Positions 36,533 through 49,423 of a stretch of DNA of 64,000 nucleotides are shown here, piece by piece. The position numbers and the translations under genes are program-made. This stretch comes from Phaeosaccion multiseriatum (lineage: Eukaryota; Protista; Ochrophyta, other classes). The stretch's first letter is position 1; each line of letters starts with the position of its first letter. The notes under the pieces are model-generated. The model was not told the DNA's origin. It did no database searches and saw nothing but the letters and a program-made list of their open reading frames with translations. The stretch is from positions 2,046,001 to 2,110,000 of the forward strand of contig OZ218965.1 of NCBI GenBank assembly GCA_965112735.1, in the 5' to 3' direction.

Positions 36533-37067
36533 GCGGCATTACGGGCATGACGAGGAGCGGGCACTGTTGAGCCCGGGGAGCAGTAACAGCAGCGTGGTGG
36601 TCAGCTTCTTGGTGGATGACTTCCCCTCGGGGGTCGCCACGACGGAAGGGAAAATTGCTCTGGAGCAGGCCTTCGATAACAGCCTCTTTCTCGACCTGCT
36701 GTGGGAGTTCATTCACAGGCACGCGGGTCTGTACCCCGACGAGCGGCCGGAAGCGTGGGCCATGCTCGACTCCAATGTCATAGCCGTATTGAACGAGGAG
36801 GATGACGACGGATCTTCCACAGGGATGGACACGACCACAATCCTCCTGCTCAGCGTGCTTGGGCTGGTACTTGGGGGGGGCGTGCTGCTGCTGGGCAGGA
36901 GAAGCTCCTCCCCTCCAGTGTACCCATTAGAGCCCCCAGAGTCCATCGAAGTCTCCACTCCTAAGGTGATGACAACGGCAGCCCCCAAGCCCGCCGCGAA
37001 GGTGCCTTTGCCTCAGGTACAGACAGAGGAGGAGCACTCCGAAGTGTCGAGCGTCTTCTATCTGTGA
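31488..37067 (+). CDS. RCC1/BLIP-II-type repeat type-I membrane protein, copy 1 (~20 exons)
   Basis: Putative signal peptide, repeats of KCWG.N.YGQLG / MGDNL..VDLGTG.TA, PTAAPT stalk, membrane-proximal globular domain, TM (ILLLSVLGLVLGGGVLLLG), short tail. Exons approx 31488-31684, 31941-32151, 32258-32351, 32489-32534, 32739-32763, ~32952-33011, 33352-33420, 33517-33545, 33645-33801, 34035-34080, 34233-34237, 34443-34496, 34692-34773, 34943-34978, 35233-35363, 35445-35488, 35601-35730, 35813-35896, 35991-36063, 36221-37067. Confidence 0.85.
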
Positions 37068-37784
37068 TCATTGCCAGTGGGGCCCCTCTCCACTCATAGC
37101 TAAGCATAAGAGAGTGAGTCTACTCAGTCTCACTCATGTGTACGGCTCTCACCACCTGTACAAAGGCGCACTTGGTGGGCCGCCCTTTTTTTTTTTGTTT
37201 TTCCAAGAACTGCGCATGATCGGGGAGAGAGAAAACTCTGCTGAAGTCTCTCCATCCAAACTTGGCCCTGCCCACCTGCCGCACTTCTCTATGTCATAGA
37301 GGAGCCGGGAGCGCTGGCTTTATGCATTGCAGCACCTCCTCAACCCCTTTTACAGGGGATGGCCACTGACTCCTACACGCACGCACGCACGCACGCACCC
37401 ACATGCATCACCCTACGCCTCTCACAGTCACGCGGGATACGGGTGGGAGTGGTGGCTGCCGAGGAAGCCTCGTGTCTCTTCCTTTACCTCCAGATACTGT
37501 TCTCGATTGTCCTGTGTGCGCATGAATCACTTGAGCTTTGCATGTGTGTGGCAAGGTGAAGACAAAAAGGGCGCGAACTGCTCCGAGGGCGGATTCTGAA
37601 ACGTTTTTTTGTGAACAGGTTAGATGTTGTCGTGATGTTTGTGTGTATGTGTTAACACATTGCATTGCTCAGCCATCCCACCTCTGGAGCAGCTGGGGGG
37701 CAATCAGACGCTGGATGAGGGGGGCGAAAGCTGGAGCGATCTTTTCGTAGCTACCTAAATACAGCAGCAACCGCAGACTGCTCC

Positions 37785-40700
37785 ATGAGAGAGGCCTGGT
37801 CATCCACGAGCACTACGGCTGAGAGAGCCATGAGAAGAAGGGAAAGGATGGGCGGTGGGCCTCGGAGAAGCAGGGGTGTGCTTCTTTCGACCACGGCAGC
37901 TGCGGCGTACATCATGGCCGCTGAAGGAAATACTGTGATTCACGTACGCGGCACGAACTTCTCCTGTGCGAGTATAAATGGCAACCTCAAGTGCTGGGGA
38001 AGGTAAGGGGCATCGCCTGAGAGAGGTAGAGTCAAAGATGGCGCTGCTGGGGAGACTCGAGAGAGAGTGGCTGGTTGAGAGAGAAGGGAGAGAGGGAGAG
38101 AGAGAGAGAGAGGGGGGGGGGGGGAGACAGAGAGAGGGAGAGAGAGAGAAAGAGGGAGGGAGAGGGAGAGAAAGAAAAAGAGAGAGAGGCAGACAGAAGG
38201 AGAGAGAGGGAGAGGGAGGGAGGGAGGGAGAGAGGGAGAGAGAGTTGAGGGGGGAAGACTCGGCCGAGAGAGAGGCAAAACATTGGAGTGAGCTGCCCGC
38301 CGGCGACTGGGTGAACTCGTGAAACAGCAGAACTGGTTTCATGTGAGCTCTCACGAAGTGCTGCTTTCCGACTGTTGTGCCCAACGTGTGCCGGCTGCAG
38401 CTACGCTTACGGGAATCTCGGTCTCGGCTCGAACCCTGGCGAGGACATCGGATCCAGCAGCTCGCATATGGGGGACAACTTGGGCACCGTCGACCTTGGG
38501 ACAGGCCGTACAGCAATCACCCTCGGTGCCAACGCCTGGGCTGTGTGCGCCGTGCGGGACGACTACAGCGTGGTGTGCTGGGGTAGCAATACTTATGGAG
38601 AGCTTGGATATGTAAGTCTCTCTTGCCAGGAACAAGTCAAGCAGCAAGTGATGAGCGGTATGTGACCCCTCCCTCTATGTCTCTCCCACGCCCCTGCTAC
38701 CACCGCCCCCTGAGCAGGACGACACCACTAATCGGGGCCTTTCGAGTAGCGACATGGGCGACAACTTGGCTGGAGTCGACCTCGGGGCCACAGCCACGGC
38801 ACTGAGCGGAGGTGAGTCCCAACCAGAGGTGAAGGCTGTAACTGTAGCATGGCAACTCTCCGCTTCGAAAGGTCATATTTCCTCTCTGACCCGTTGACTT
38901 ACCTGCTGAGTACTTCAATCACCGCTCTCCTGCTCCTCCTGTGTGTGTGTGTGTGTGTGTACCATCGTCTGTTTGCCTTCCTATGCCGTCCACCGTGCTC
39001 CGAGCAGGGGAGAGTACCATGTGTGCGCTGCTGAGCACGGGAGATGTCAAATGGTGAGAGAGCCGAAGCGCAGGACTTAGATGACGTCGATATGCATGGC
39101 GCCACAGTTCTAGGAGGGGCGGGGCTTGTTTCCTCATTCCGTCGTGTACATCTCCACACCCCCTGACTTGCGCCCCCCTCCCCACCCCCACCCGCATCCT
39201 CTGCCTGTTGTTTCTCCCTCCAGCTGGGGACGTAACAATTACGGGCAGGTGAGCAGCAGGGATAAAGTTACACAAGAGCGCGCGCAAGACCTTCCCGCTG
39301 GTGCGGAGGCAGGAGAGCTCGAGCACCCACCCAGCAGGGCTGCGTCAACGCACCACCAGTAGCCTCTCTCTCGTGCCCTATTGTCCATGCTCTTCTCATA
39401 CTTCGTTCGTATTCGCTCTGCCCTGTCTGGTGTGTGTATGCCTGGCTGTGGCGTGTGTGGCCTGCAGCTGGGACAGGGAAGCGTCGTGAGTGAAATCGGA
39501 GCCAGTTCGGGCGATATGGCGGGTTTGGTGAGTACAGGCAGGGGCTTAGACTAGGCAGGGAGTAGAAGCGTAGAGAGAGGCCCACATCGTGGCGGAGCAA
39601 GCCAGAGGCTCGGCGTGTGGGCGGAGGGTTGGTCCTATTCGGCGCTTACTTGCTCCTGCTGACAAACTGCCGGATGGTCCCCACCCAAAACCCTGTCTCT
39701 CTCCCTCTCGGTCTTTCTGTACCGTCTCGCCTTTCTCTCTATTTCATGTCTCGTCCTCGTTTTCTCTCTCTGTCTCTCTCCACAGTCTCCCCCTCTTGTT
39801 TGTCCCATGTGTCTCTCCACTGATCTCCCTCTCTCTTCCGTTTCCCTCTCTCTGCTCTTTGTCTGCAGGCCGCTGTCGACTTGGGGACGGGTGTGTCTGC
39901 CGTTGCCATTGGATTCGGATGGGCACATGCCTGCGCGGTAAGAGTGGGCCCCAGCCGCAGCCAAATAGGAAAGGAGCAGCACCACGTTGTCAACATGAAT
40001 GGGAAGGAATCCCACTACGGCATGCGCTCATTGCTTCTACCCCTCTTCTCCCCTCCTCCACACAGATCACGGACTCAGGCGCCGTCAAGTGCTGGTAGGT
40101 CGTACGTCTGCCTATGCTCAGTGCTGAGGTTCACCCCGTGACTGCTTTTCTCACCCGCGTTACTTCGTATGTCTGCCAAACAACACTAAAAGGGGCTGGA
40201 ACACCGTGGGACAGACAGGACAAGACCCCGCCGCTGCAAACGTTGGGGATGGAGCCAACGAGATGGGCGATAATCTACCCGAGGCGTACATTGGAGGAGG
40301 GAGCTACACCGCCACCGCCCTCTCCTTAGGAGCCTACCACACCTGCGTGGTGAGTTTGTTTGCAAAGAGCGGTGAGATGCGCTTAAAGCAGTCATTTGGC
40401 GGGAACACGTCGTTGAAGGTCTGGGCGGACAGGGAGGTATCGCTCGAACCGGAGAAGATGACCACTGGCCCTGTCTCTCGCTCCAAAACAAAAACAAACC
40501 AGCGACGCGCCCAGCGCAGACGCCTGACATCGTCCTTCGCCCGCATCTTTTTTTCCCCTTTGCTTGTATCTGTGCTCCACCAGATTCGAAACACCGGTGA
40601 CGTCGTTTGCTGGGGAGGCAACCACAACGGTCAGTAACAGATTCCTCGAGGGTCTGTCTACTCCTCGCTTCCTCTGTATGAAAGTACCACCCTCACTCAC

Positions 40701-43579
40701 AGCACGCACCGTTCTGCCCTACTCGTGTCCCGCTATACCCTCTCGGTGTTGCTCACACACGCTTCACAGGCCAGGTAAATAGTGGCTGGGCACACAGCCA
40801 AGGCTTCGGGGCTTGCTTCTCTTGGCTGGGTGTAGGACTTGGTTTTGATGAGATTCCTGCCTATCTGTGTCTGGAGGGAATGAGTTAGGCCATGCCTCCT
40901 ATTCGCTTAGCACCAACCCCCACCCCTCCTGCTGCTGCCGCACTCCCTTATCCACCCGACCCCCCGCAGCTGGGCATCGGCAGCACGAGGTCAATCAGTT
41001 ACAGCGCTGACTTTGCTGGGATAGTAAGTACGAGGAGGGAGTATCCCAAGGGTGGGGCGGAGCTTGCCTCTGGGAGCTACTGCCCTAAAACGCTTCTTGG
41101 ACTGGCTGGGTCCTCCTGGCTAGGGCCAACCACAGACTTCGGTCATTGAGATGGGTTATAGCTTGGGGGAGGAGAAAACAGGATTTCGCTTCCAACAACC
41201 CCCTCACTTGCTGCGCTTTGCCTTTTGCTTCTATTGCTGCTCTTACTGCCCTTGTTTCGTTGATGCTCATCATGGTGCCGTGTGCTGCTCTCGACACACG
41301 CTTCAGACCGCTGTCGACCTTGGCACCGGCAGAACCGCCACGGCCCTCGCGGCAGCGATTAACAGTCAGTGTGCCATATTGGACACAGGCAAGTTGTGGC
41401 GTGTCCACCAGCTTGATGTCGACTTTGGACTCCGCGGCTGCAGCTGGCTTGGCTCGCTGTTTTGACTGATTGCGTCCAATTTGCTTTCTAACGATCTTGC
41501 TTCTCTGCTTTGCCATGTCCCTCCCTGCTTGCAGGAGACGTCAAGTGCTGGGGATATGGAGCTACAGGAGGTGAGAGCATTGCTGATGCCTAAGCTAGCA
41601 AGGGGACTGAGAGGCTGCACGCCGCTGCCCAGCCAACAGAACAACCAACGGCACGGCACGCCGCTCTTCTCTCTTATCTCCTCCCCTCTCTCCTTTTGTG
41701 TCATAGCCCAGCTAGCTACTACTCTGATTCATGCCCGCCCTCGACTCTCTCCCCTCTCCTTTTCACGCGACGGGTCCAACCCCACCGCATCACGAGTAGA
41801 GCTCGCCCAGGGCAATACCTTGACTATCGGAGATGATACCGGAGAGATGGGGGACGCTTTGGCACCTATAGACTTTGGAACCGGGCGCACTGCCGTGGCC
41901 ATCAGCGGCCAGTCCTCTGGATACTGTGTGGTGAGTAAGGACTGTGGTCTTCCGTGCTGTTGGAGCACCACGGAAGCTTTGCTCATCCGCCTCTCAACAT
42001 CCTCGAATCAGGTGCTCGACAATGACGACATCACCTGCTGGGGCAAGAACTACTAGTGAGTTCGAACACAGTCTGCCAAGAAGAAAGGAGACTTGCAGCT
42101 GTATAGTAGTGCACATTCTGATGCTTGTGCTCTGCCGTGCTTCTCTCCCTCCTCTCCCCAACCTCCAGTGGGCAGGCAGGCATAGGAAGCACCGATACCG
42201 ACATTGGACATCTTTCGTCTCACATCCCTCTCGTGGCGGTGGACTTTGGAACTTCCACTTGGGCGCCTACCCCCGCTCCGACGGCAGCTTGGGTCCCTAT
42301 ATATATATATACCCCCGCTCCGACGGCAGCTCCGACGCAGGTTCGTGGCTATACCATTGCCCTCCTCTTTCTCGCGTTGTTTCCTCCATCCATCCACCTT
42401 GACGCTGCACGCCATCCCACACCCCCGTTCGCAGGCACCAACAGCTGCACCAACAGCTGCGCCGACTACTGCACCAACAGCTGCGCCGACTGCTGCTCCG
42501 ACCGTGGCATCGACAGCCGTGAGTATGGCGCTTCGTGGCCCGCTGAATGCATACCTTATTTCATTCTCTCTGTGTTCGTGATTGCGTACCCTGCTCGCTG
42601 TCCGTTGGGCCACATGCCTCTGCTTTCCCTTCTTCGAATATTGCTTCCTTCTTACCTCACTGCCCTTTTCGCCTTCCAGACTCCGACGGCATCTCCTACC
42701 ACAGCAAATCCGACAGGAGCCCCTTCGCCGCCCAGTGGCAGCTACCTTGTAGGAAGATGGGAGATGGGCGGAGAAGACGAGAGCTTTGCTGATACAACGG
42801 GTGTGGTCAGTGCGCTGCGATTTGCACTTGTGGCGCTAATTGACGGCGTGACTGGGGCGGATGTTCTCATCACCAATTTGGTGGATGGCAGCTTGGAGGC
42901 CGCTAGTTCCAGGAGAAGGCTTTGGCGGCAGCAGCCGCAGCCACAGGTACAGCAGCCACAGGTGCAGCAGCGGCAGCACGGGCATGACGAGGAGCGGGCA
43001 CTGTTGAGCCCGGGGAGCAGTAACAGCAGTGTGGTGGTCAGCTTCATAGTGGATGACTTCGCCTCAGCGGCCGCCGCGACGGATGGGGCGGCTGTTCTGC
43101 ACGGGGCCTTCAACGACGGCGCATTCCTCACTGTGTTGTGGGGATTCATTCGCACCTACGCGGGTCTGTACCCCGACGAGCAGCCGGAAGCGTGGGCCAT
43201 GCTCGACTACAGTGTCACCGCGGTACTGGGCGAGGATGAGGAGGAGCAGGAAGGGGGGGATGATGAGGAGAATGGCGGACTCTTGTCGACGGACTCTATG
43301 ACATTCCTATTCGGTGTGGTGGGAGGGGTGATTGCCTGCGTCGTGCTGGGCGGAACGCTGATGGGCCGAGGGAGCTCCTCTTTTAGAGTCTACATAGCGC
43401 CTCCCCAGCCCAACAAAGACACCGCACCTCCTCTTCCTTCTCGATCCGGCATGGAGAGGCCCCCTGCGTCGGGCAAGAAGCCGACTCCGCCCGTGGCCGG
43501 GACTGAGGAGGAGGAACAGACACGGTCTGAGGAAATGTCAGTGTCTGCCCAAGAGTCGAGCACGTACTCTTTGCTGTGA
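37785..43579 (+). CDS. RCC1/BLIP-II-type repeat type-I membrane protein, copy 2 (~19 exons)
   Basis: Tandem paralog with the same exon structure and repeats; TM FLFGVVGGVIACVVLGGTLM; start may be 37785, 37830 or 37848. Confidence 0.85.
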
Positions 43580-43824
43580 CGGGGTGAGTGAAGTCCCTCT
43601 CCATTCATGCGTTCATGCAAGGACTGAGTTTGTTGATGGAGACCGACTGAGGTCCGAAGCCAGTCTCACTTTAGTATACAATGCTCATCACTTGTGCAAG
43701 AGACACATACCAAAACGACCGGCACGTGTAAAGTGACTGACTTTTGCTTAACTCATCATAAACTGCAGCACCTCTTGGAAGTCCTCCTCTCTTCAAAACA
43801 ATCCCAAGGCTCCACTCGGCTGTG

Positions 43825-44177
43825 TCATGCCTGCGCCTGTACTCTGCTCCGTATGCCCTCTTCCAACTTGATTGTATCCGATACAAAGGCCCTGATTCCC
43901 TCACTCATCTTGACTGTACTGCACCCATCTTCATTGAGCAGAAAGCGAAACTCGGCCTCCCCCAGCCGCCCCCCAGCCAGCTCCTCGTCCTGACACTCCT
44001 TCACCAGGTCCTCCACGTGTAACTGCCTGGGCAGCACCTCTTCGCTCGCCTCTGCCAGCGCCATGATGAGCGGTGGGGGGATGGTCATGCGATCGACACC
44101 GCTCAGAGCCCGTATCTCGTCGAGCGCGAAATCCGGGTCGGAAGCGCCTCGGGACGGCCGCCAGCTGGCCGGCTGGG

Positions 44178-44240
<63 letters not shown>

Positions 44241-46007
44241 TGTGTGTGTGTGTGTGTGAGGGGGTAGGGTAGCCGCAAAAGAGGGGTAAGAACGGGAGGG
44301 AGAGCATTTCATACGATGAAGTCTCGGCCCTTAGCACCTCTCTCTCTCTCTCTCTCTCGCTCTTTGCCTCTCTCTGTTGCTCTCTCCGCGCCTCCGACAT
44401 TCTCAATGTGTGTATATACCTCCTCGCCAGACAGAGCGCACTCACTCACTCACGTACTCACGCACTCACGCCCTCACACTCACGCACTCACCATGCAGAT
44501 TGTGTCGTGCCCGTACTTCTTAAAGTAGCTGGCCATCCTGCGCACCTCCACCACCCCGGGGTCCTCAATGGGCAGGTACGTCTGCTCTCCCCCATTGGCT
44601 TTAGCATAGTCTAGGATCCTTCCTGGGAAGGGGGAGATGAGGCGGGCGCCTGCCTGAGCCGCTGCCACGGCTTGGACGAAGCCAAACACGAGAGTTATGT
44701 TGCACGTGATGCCCTCCTTCTCCAACACCTCGCAGCACTTGATGCCCTCCCACGTGCCCGCCAGTTTGATGAGCACGCGAGAGCGGGGCACCCCGGCCTG
44801 TTGCACCACAACGCGGGGGGGGGGGTGGGTGGGTGGGTGAGATAGGTGGTACCGTGTGAACTTGCTTTCTTTTGGTTGGTGGGGAGATTGGCCCCACACG
44901 AGCCATCGCGTCTGATTTTGCGGTGCCGGCATGCACCCACTCTGAGAGAAAAGGGGGTCTTCGTAAGCAGTAGGAGCCCTAGGAGCACCAACAGAAGCAG
45001 CAGCAGCAGAAGCACCACGTAAGAGCACCTCGTGCGCAAGAGTCACGCACCTCCTCATACATGGCGATGATTCGGCGGGCCCTGCGCAGCGACTCCTCCA
45101 CGTCGAAGCTCAGGCGAGGATCCACCTCAGTGCTCACGTATCCAGGCACCAGGCTCGAGATCTCCCGGCCGAGGTTGACAGCCAGCCTATCCATCGCCAG
45201 CTCGACCACGGCGTCCTGTCCGTCCTTGCCCGCCTCAGCGTCGGCGTATTCGAGGGCCTCGTTGACCATGGCCAAGTAGAGGGGGTCTCCGCTGAGGCCG
45301 GCCTGGCTGACGAAAAGGGGATTCGTGGTTGCTGCACACCGAACCAACCCGGAGAGTTGGAGTGAGGATGCGGGGGAGGAAGAGGGCGAGAGAGGGAGGA
45401 ACAACGTAGTTGCGATTAGCCATGAAAAGGAGGTACCAAACCAACCATCCTGTTTCCTCATACCATCGGTGATGAGGCCCGTGGCGGCTAGGTAGGAGAT
45501 GATGCCCAGGTCTGCCGTGTCTACCGAGAGGGTCGTCATCTTGGCCAGCTCCACCAATTGGCTGTTGTCTCTCAAGGCTGCGAGCAGCAAGCACGACAGG
45601 GCGGTTCACACAGTGTGTTGCATGAGAGGAAGAGATGATTGAGCTGGAGAGAGGTTCTGTGGTCGCCGTTGGGCGCAAGAACACATACACACACGGAATT
45701 GAGAGGGAGGCAGAGCAGGACGGCATGGCAGCGTCTCCTCGACAGTGGCGAGCAGACGTCCAAAGTAGCTGAGTGCCAATGATTTAGGGAGTCCGCAGCG
45801 AAGAGATCTTCCACACCAACCTGCAGCCCGACCCAAGCCATTGGCAGCCGCCCCAATCCCCATCGTCATGCCCTCCCTTGCCCTGCCTCCATCTCTTCCA
45901 AACGCTGTGGCTCTACTGCCAACACTGCAAGGACTAATGAAAGCACCACTCCTTTCTACCAGTAGTGCAAGAAATACTGCCGCATTCAGGACGCGGGTGG
46001 AAAGCAT
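43825..46007 (-). CDS. TAL: Plastid-targeted transaldolase (5 exons)
   Basis: [38 protein letters not shown] (Schiff-base Lys), [34 protein letters not shown]; presequence [26 protein letters not shown] (signal + Phe). Confidence 0.95.
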
Positions 46008-46127
46008 GGCACGCTGTGGGGTGATCATGAAAGGGGAGGAGAGGCGCCCCACTACGCTTGTTGGTGATCCCCCCAAATGGCGACTTCTCATACCTTTATA
46101 AACTCTCTCTCTCTTGTGCGAAAAGAG
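46008..46127. promoter_or_regulatory. Putative bidirectional promoter (transaldolase / DUF1499)
   Basis: Divergent ATGs 120 bp apart; TTTATAAA at ~46095. Confidence 0.5.
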
Positions 46128-49100
46128 ATGAGCGAGAAGACAACCACGAGGCCTTTCAGTGTACTTGCACTTTCATCCGTCCTACTGGTGTTTGTGCCGC
46201 TCTCACAAGGCTTTACGCTGCAGAATGGGGTGGGGGTAGCTGTTCCTGAGAGAAAGCTTGCCTCACGCCTTGATGCTGGAAAAGGCGATGACGCTCGTTG
46301 CGGTGGGGGCGCAGAGGTGTCCAGGAGGGAGGGCTTGAAGACCGCGGCCAAGCTTACTGCTGCACTGCTGGGACTCCAGTCAGCTTCTCCGTCCAAAGCC
46401 GACGCTATTGATCTGCCCGTCGAGATGAGCACACCACTGGGAGTGGAGAAGGACCTGCTCAAGTCCTGCCCCAAGGTAGGCAGAGGATGGCCTTTCAATG
46501 TATTCCTCCAATGGGCTTCTGCCTTGGAGAGGGCAGGGCGATACCGCAGTTGCCTTCGTTGTGGCAAGTCTGGAAGCAAGTGACTTGTCTTCTCAACCCC
46601 CCCCCCCAATGCACCTTCCTTCCGTCCCTCCTGCCTCTGACAGGAACCCACCTGCGTTAGCACCCAGGACGATCGTCCCTATAATTTCATGTAAGCAGCG
46701 TGAGCCCGTGTGCTGCTCTCCCCTCCTTTCTTCTGTCGCTCACGAAGGCCCTGTCATTCCCTCCCCTTCCTTCCCTCTGGCCCCACCCCACCAAAAGAGC
46801 CTCATTATCTTATGCGCCCCCCTCCATCTACTCACCTGGTTCTTCGCTTCCTTGTATAGTTGTGTCCTGCTGTGTCCTGCTGTGTCCTGCTGTGTCCTGT
46901 CTCAGTCCATTCGCCCCCCTGATGCCTCCTCTGTTTGCCCCGCCCCACACCTCCCCGCCGGCCCTTCCCTCTCCTCCGCCCCACTGCACAGGGAGCCCTG
47001 GGCGTACGATAGTAGTACAGAGAAGACCCTCGCGAGTTTAAAGGCCCTGGTGTACGCACAGGGGGCCACCTTTGTCACCGAAGCAGACAGGTGGGCGGAC
47101 GACCCAAACCTGCCGATGGTGGGCACCTACAGCTCTCTTTTGCCTTCTTGCCATGTTCGTGGGTGTGGGGGTGTTACTTGCTCTCTTGGCCCTTCCACGG
47201 GTAGCGATAGCCCTCTTAGCCCTCTTAGCCCCTCCTCTCTCACTGGAAGGTATCTGCGAGTGCAGTTCGAGGCATCCGGCGGCGGCGGTTTGGACGACGT
47301 GGAGTTCTACTTCACACCTAACGACAGGATTATTCAGGTGGGCATGTACCACATTCATTCATTCATGCCAGGAGCATGTAGCGGGCAGACCATAACAGCC
47401 AGTCTCGGTGCTGCGTGAGAAGGGCGGGAGGTGTCGTGCTGAAGGGGAGACACCGCACGCACCACCACTGGAGCCTGCCCTTCCTCCGCCGTCGTGCACT
47501 GACCGGACGGACTACTGTTGAGATATAGGCAAACTCCCTCTCTATCTCTCTTCCAATCCCCCCTCCTTCGGGTCGAAGCTCATCCCTATCTCTATCTGTC
47601 TGTCTGTCTCTGTCTCTCTCTCTCTCTCTCTCCCTCTTCCCATCTCTCTCCCTCTCTCTGTCTAACTTTGTGTCTTACAGTTTCGTGCCAATCGTAGGAG
47701 CGGCTTCACAGACTTCGGCACCAACCGCAAGAGAATGGACAAGATCCGCATAGCCTTGGGCTTAGAGTCGGTGAGTGAGTGAGTGAGAGAGAAAAGACTT
47801 GTCTGAGTGGGAGAGATGAGCCCAAGATGAGCCCAAGTGGAAGTGGGGCAGACAAGAAGCCTTGCTGCTCTCAGTCCTCGGGTGGCAGGTCGGGTCGGGA
47901 AGAGTCGGCGAACAAGCAACCAAGCAACCCCCCCACGCCTTCGTACACACTTTGAAGCCTCCCTCTGGGTGGCCGTCTCCGACAACCGCCCCTCTCTTTC
48001 TCTCCCTCTCTCCGTCTCACCATTGCCCTCTGTCTCCCCCCCCCCCCCTCTCTCTCTCGTGCCCTCTCCAGGTGCCCGTTCTCCGAAACCGGAAACGAGC
48101 ATTCTTCTTTGGAGAGAGTCCTCTCGACGGTTTCGGCCCCTCGGGATTCACAGACCTCGCCGAGGTAGTTACACGTGTCAGTGTGGGGGGTGGGTGGGAT
48201 GGGTAGTGTGGTGGGATGGGTAGTGTGGTGGGATGGGTAGTGTGGTGGGATGGGTAGTGTGGTGGGGTGGGTAGTGTGGTGGGTGGGATGGGTAGTGTGG
48301 TGGGATGGGTAGTGTGGTGGGATGGGTAGTGTGGTGGGTGGGATGGGTAGTGTGGTGGGATGGGTAGTGTGGTGGGATGGGTAGTGTGGTGGGTGGGTAG
48401 TGTGGTGGGTGGGTAGTGTGGTGGGATGGGTAGTGTGGTGGGATGGGTAGTGTGGTGGGATGGGTAGTGTGGTGGGATGGGTAGTGTGGTGGGATGGGTA
48501 GTGTGGTGGGATGGGTAGTGTGGTGGGATGGGTAGTGTGGTGGGTGGGTAGTGTGGTGGGATGGGTAGTGTGGTGGGATGGGTAGTGTGGTGGGATGGGT
48601 AGTGTGGTGGGATGGGTAGTGTGGTGGGATGGGTAGTGTGGTGGGTGGGTAGTGTGGTGGGATGGGTAGTGTGGTGGGATGGGTAGTGTGGTGGGTGGGT
48701 AGTGTGGTGGGATGGGTAGTGTGGTGGGTGGGTAGTGTGGTGGGATGGGTAGTGTGGTGGGATGGGTAGTGTGGTGGGATGGGTAGTGTGGTGGGTGGGT
48801 AGTGTGGTGGGATGGGTAGTGTGGTGGGATGGGTAGTGTGGTGGGTGGGTAGTGTGGTGGGATGGGTAGTGTGGTGGGATGGGTAGTGTGGTGGGTGGGT
48901 AGTGTGGTGGGATGGGTAGTGTGGTGGGATGGGTAGTGTGGTGGGATGGGTAGTGTGGTGGGTGGGTAGTGTGGTGGGATGGGTAGTGTGGTGGGTGGGA
49001 TGGGTAGTGTGGTGGGTGGGATGGGTAGTGTGGTGGGTGGGTAGTGTGGTGGGATGGGTAGTGTGGTGGGATGGGTAGTGTGGTGGGATGGGTAGTGTGG

Positions 49101-49423
49101 TGGGTGGGTAGTGTGGTGGGTGGGTAGGGGTGCGTTACGACTCGAGGGGAGGCCCTTTGCGTAGCGACCACGCACTCAAGTTCACTGAAAGTGAGAGTAG
49201 CGAAGGAGGATTTGACCTGTGATCGACTTCCGCGTCCCTCTCATTCTCTCTCTCCCTCTCTTCTCTCCCTCCCTCCCTCCCTCTCCCGGGTCCGGCCACA
49301 AAGGAATTCCCCGAGGGTGCCTATGGCGATTTGGACCCGGCAGCCCCGGTTTTCGAAACGCCTGCCAAGCAGCTCAAGAAGGACCAGCACGGCTGGTGGG
49401 CCACCTCGACCTCGTTGAATTGA
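46128..49423 (+). CDS. DUF1499 family protein, thylakoid-lumen targeted (7 exons)
   Basis: LKSCPKEPTCVSTQ, EPWAY, YLRVQF..DDVEFYF, IQFRANRRSG..DFGTNRKRMDKIR; tripartite presequence (SQG-F, twin-Arg SRREGL, hydrophobic helix, ADA). Last exon (49304-49423) less certain. Confidence 0.85.
48190..49126. repeat. 17-bp G-rich minisatellite (~55 units), intronic
   Basis: Unit GGGATGGGTAGTGTGGT with 16-bp variants. Confidence 0.95.

Noticed and set aside
47871-49175. His/Pro/Thr-rich ORFs on the minus strand
   Set aside because: Translation of the intronic 17-bp minisatellite.
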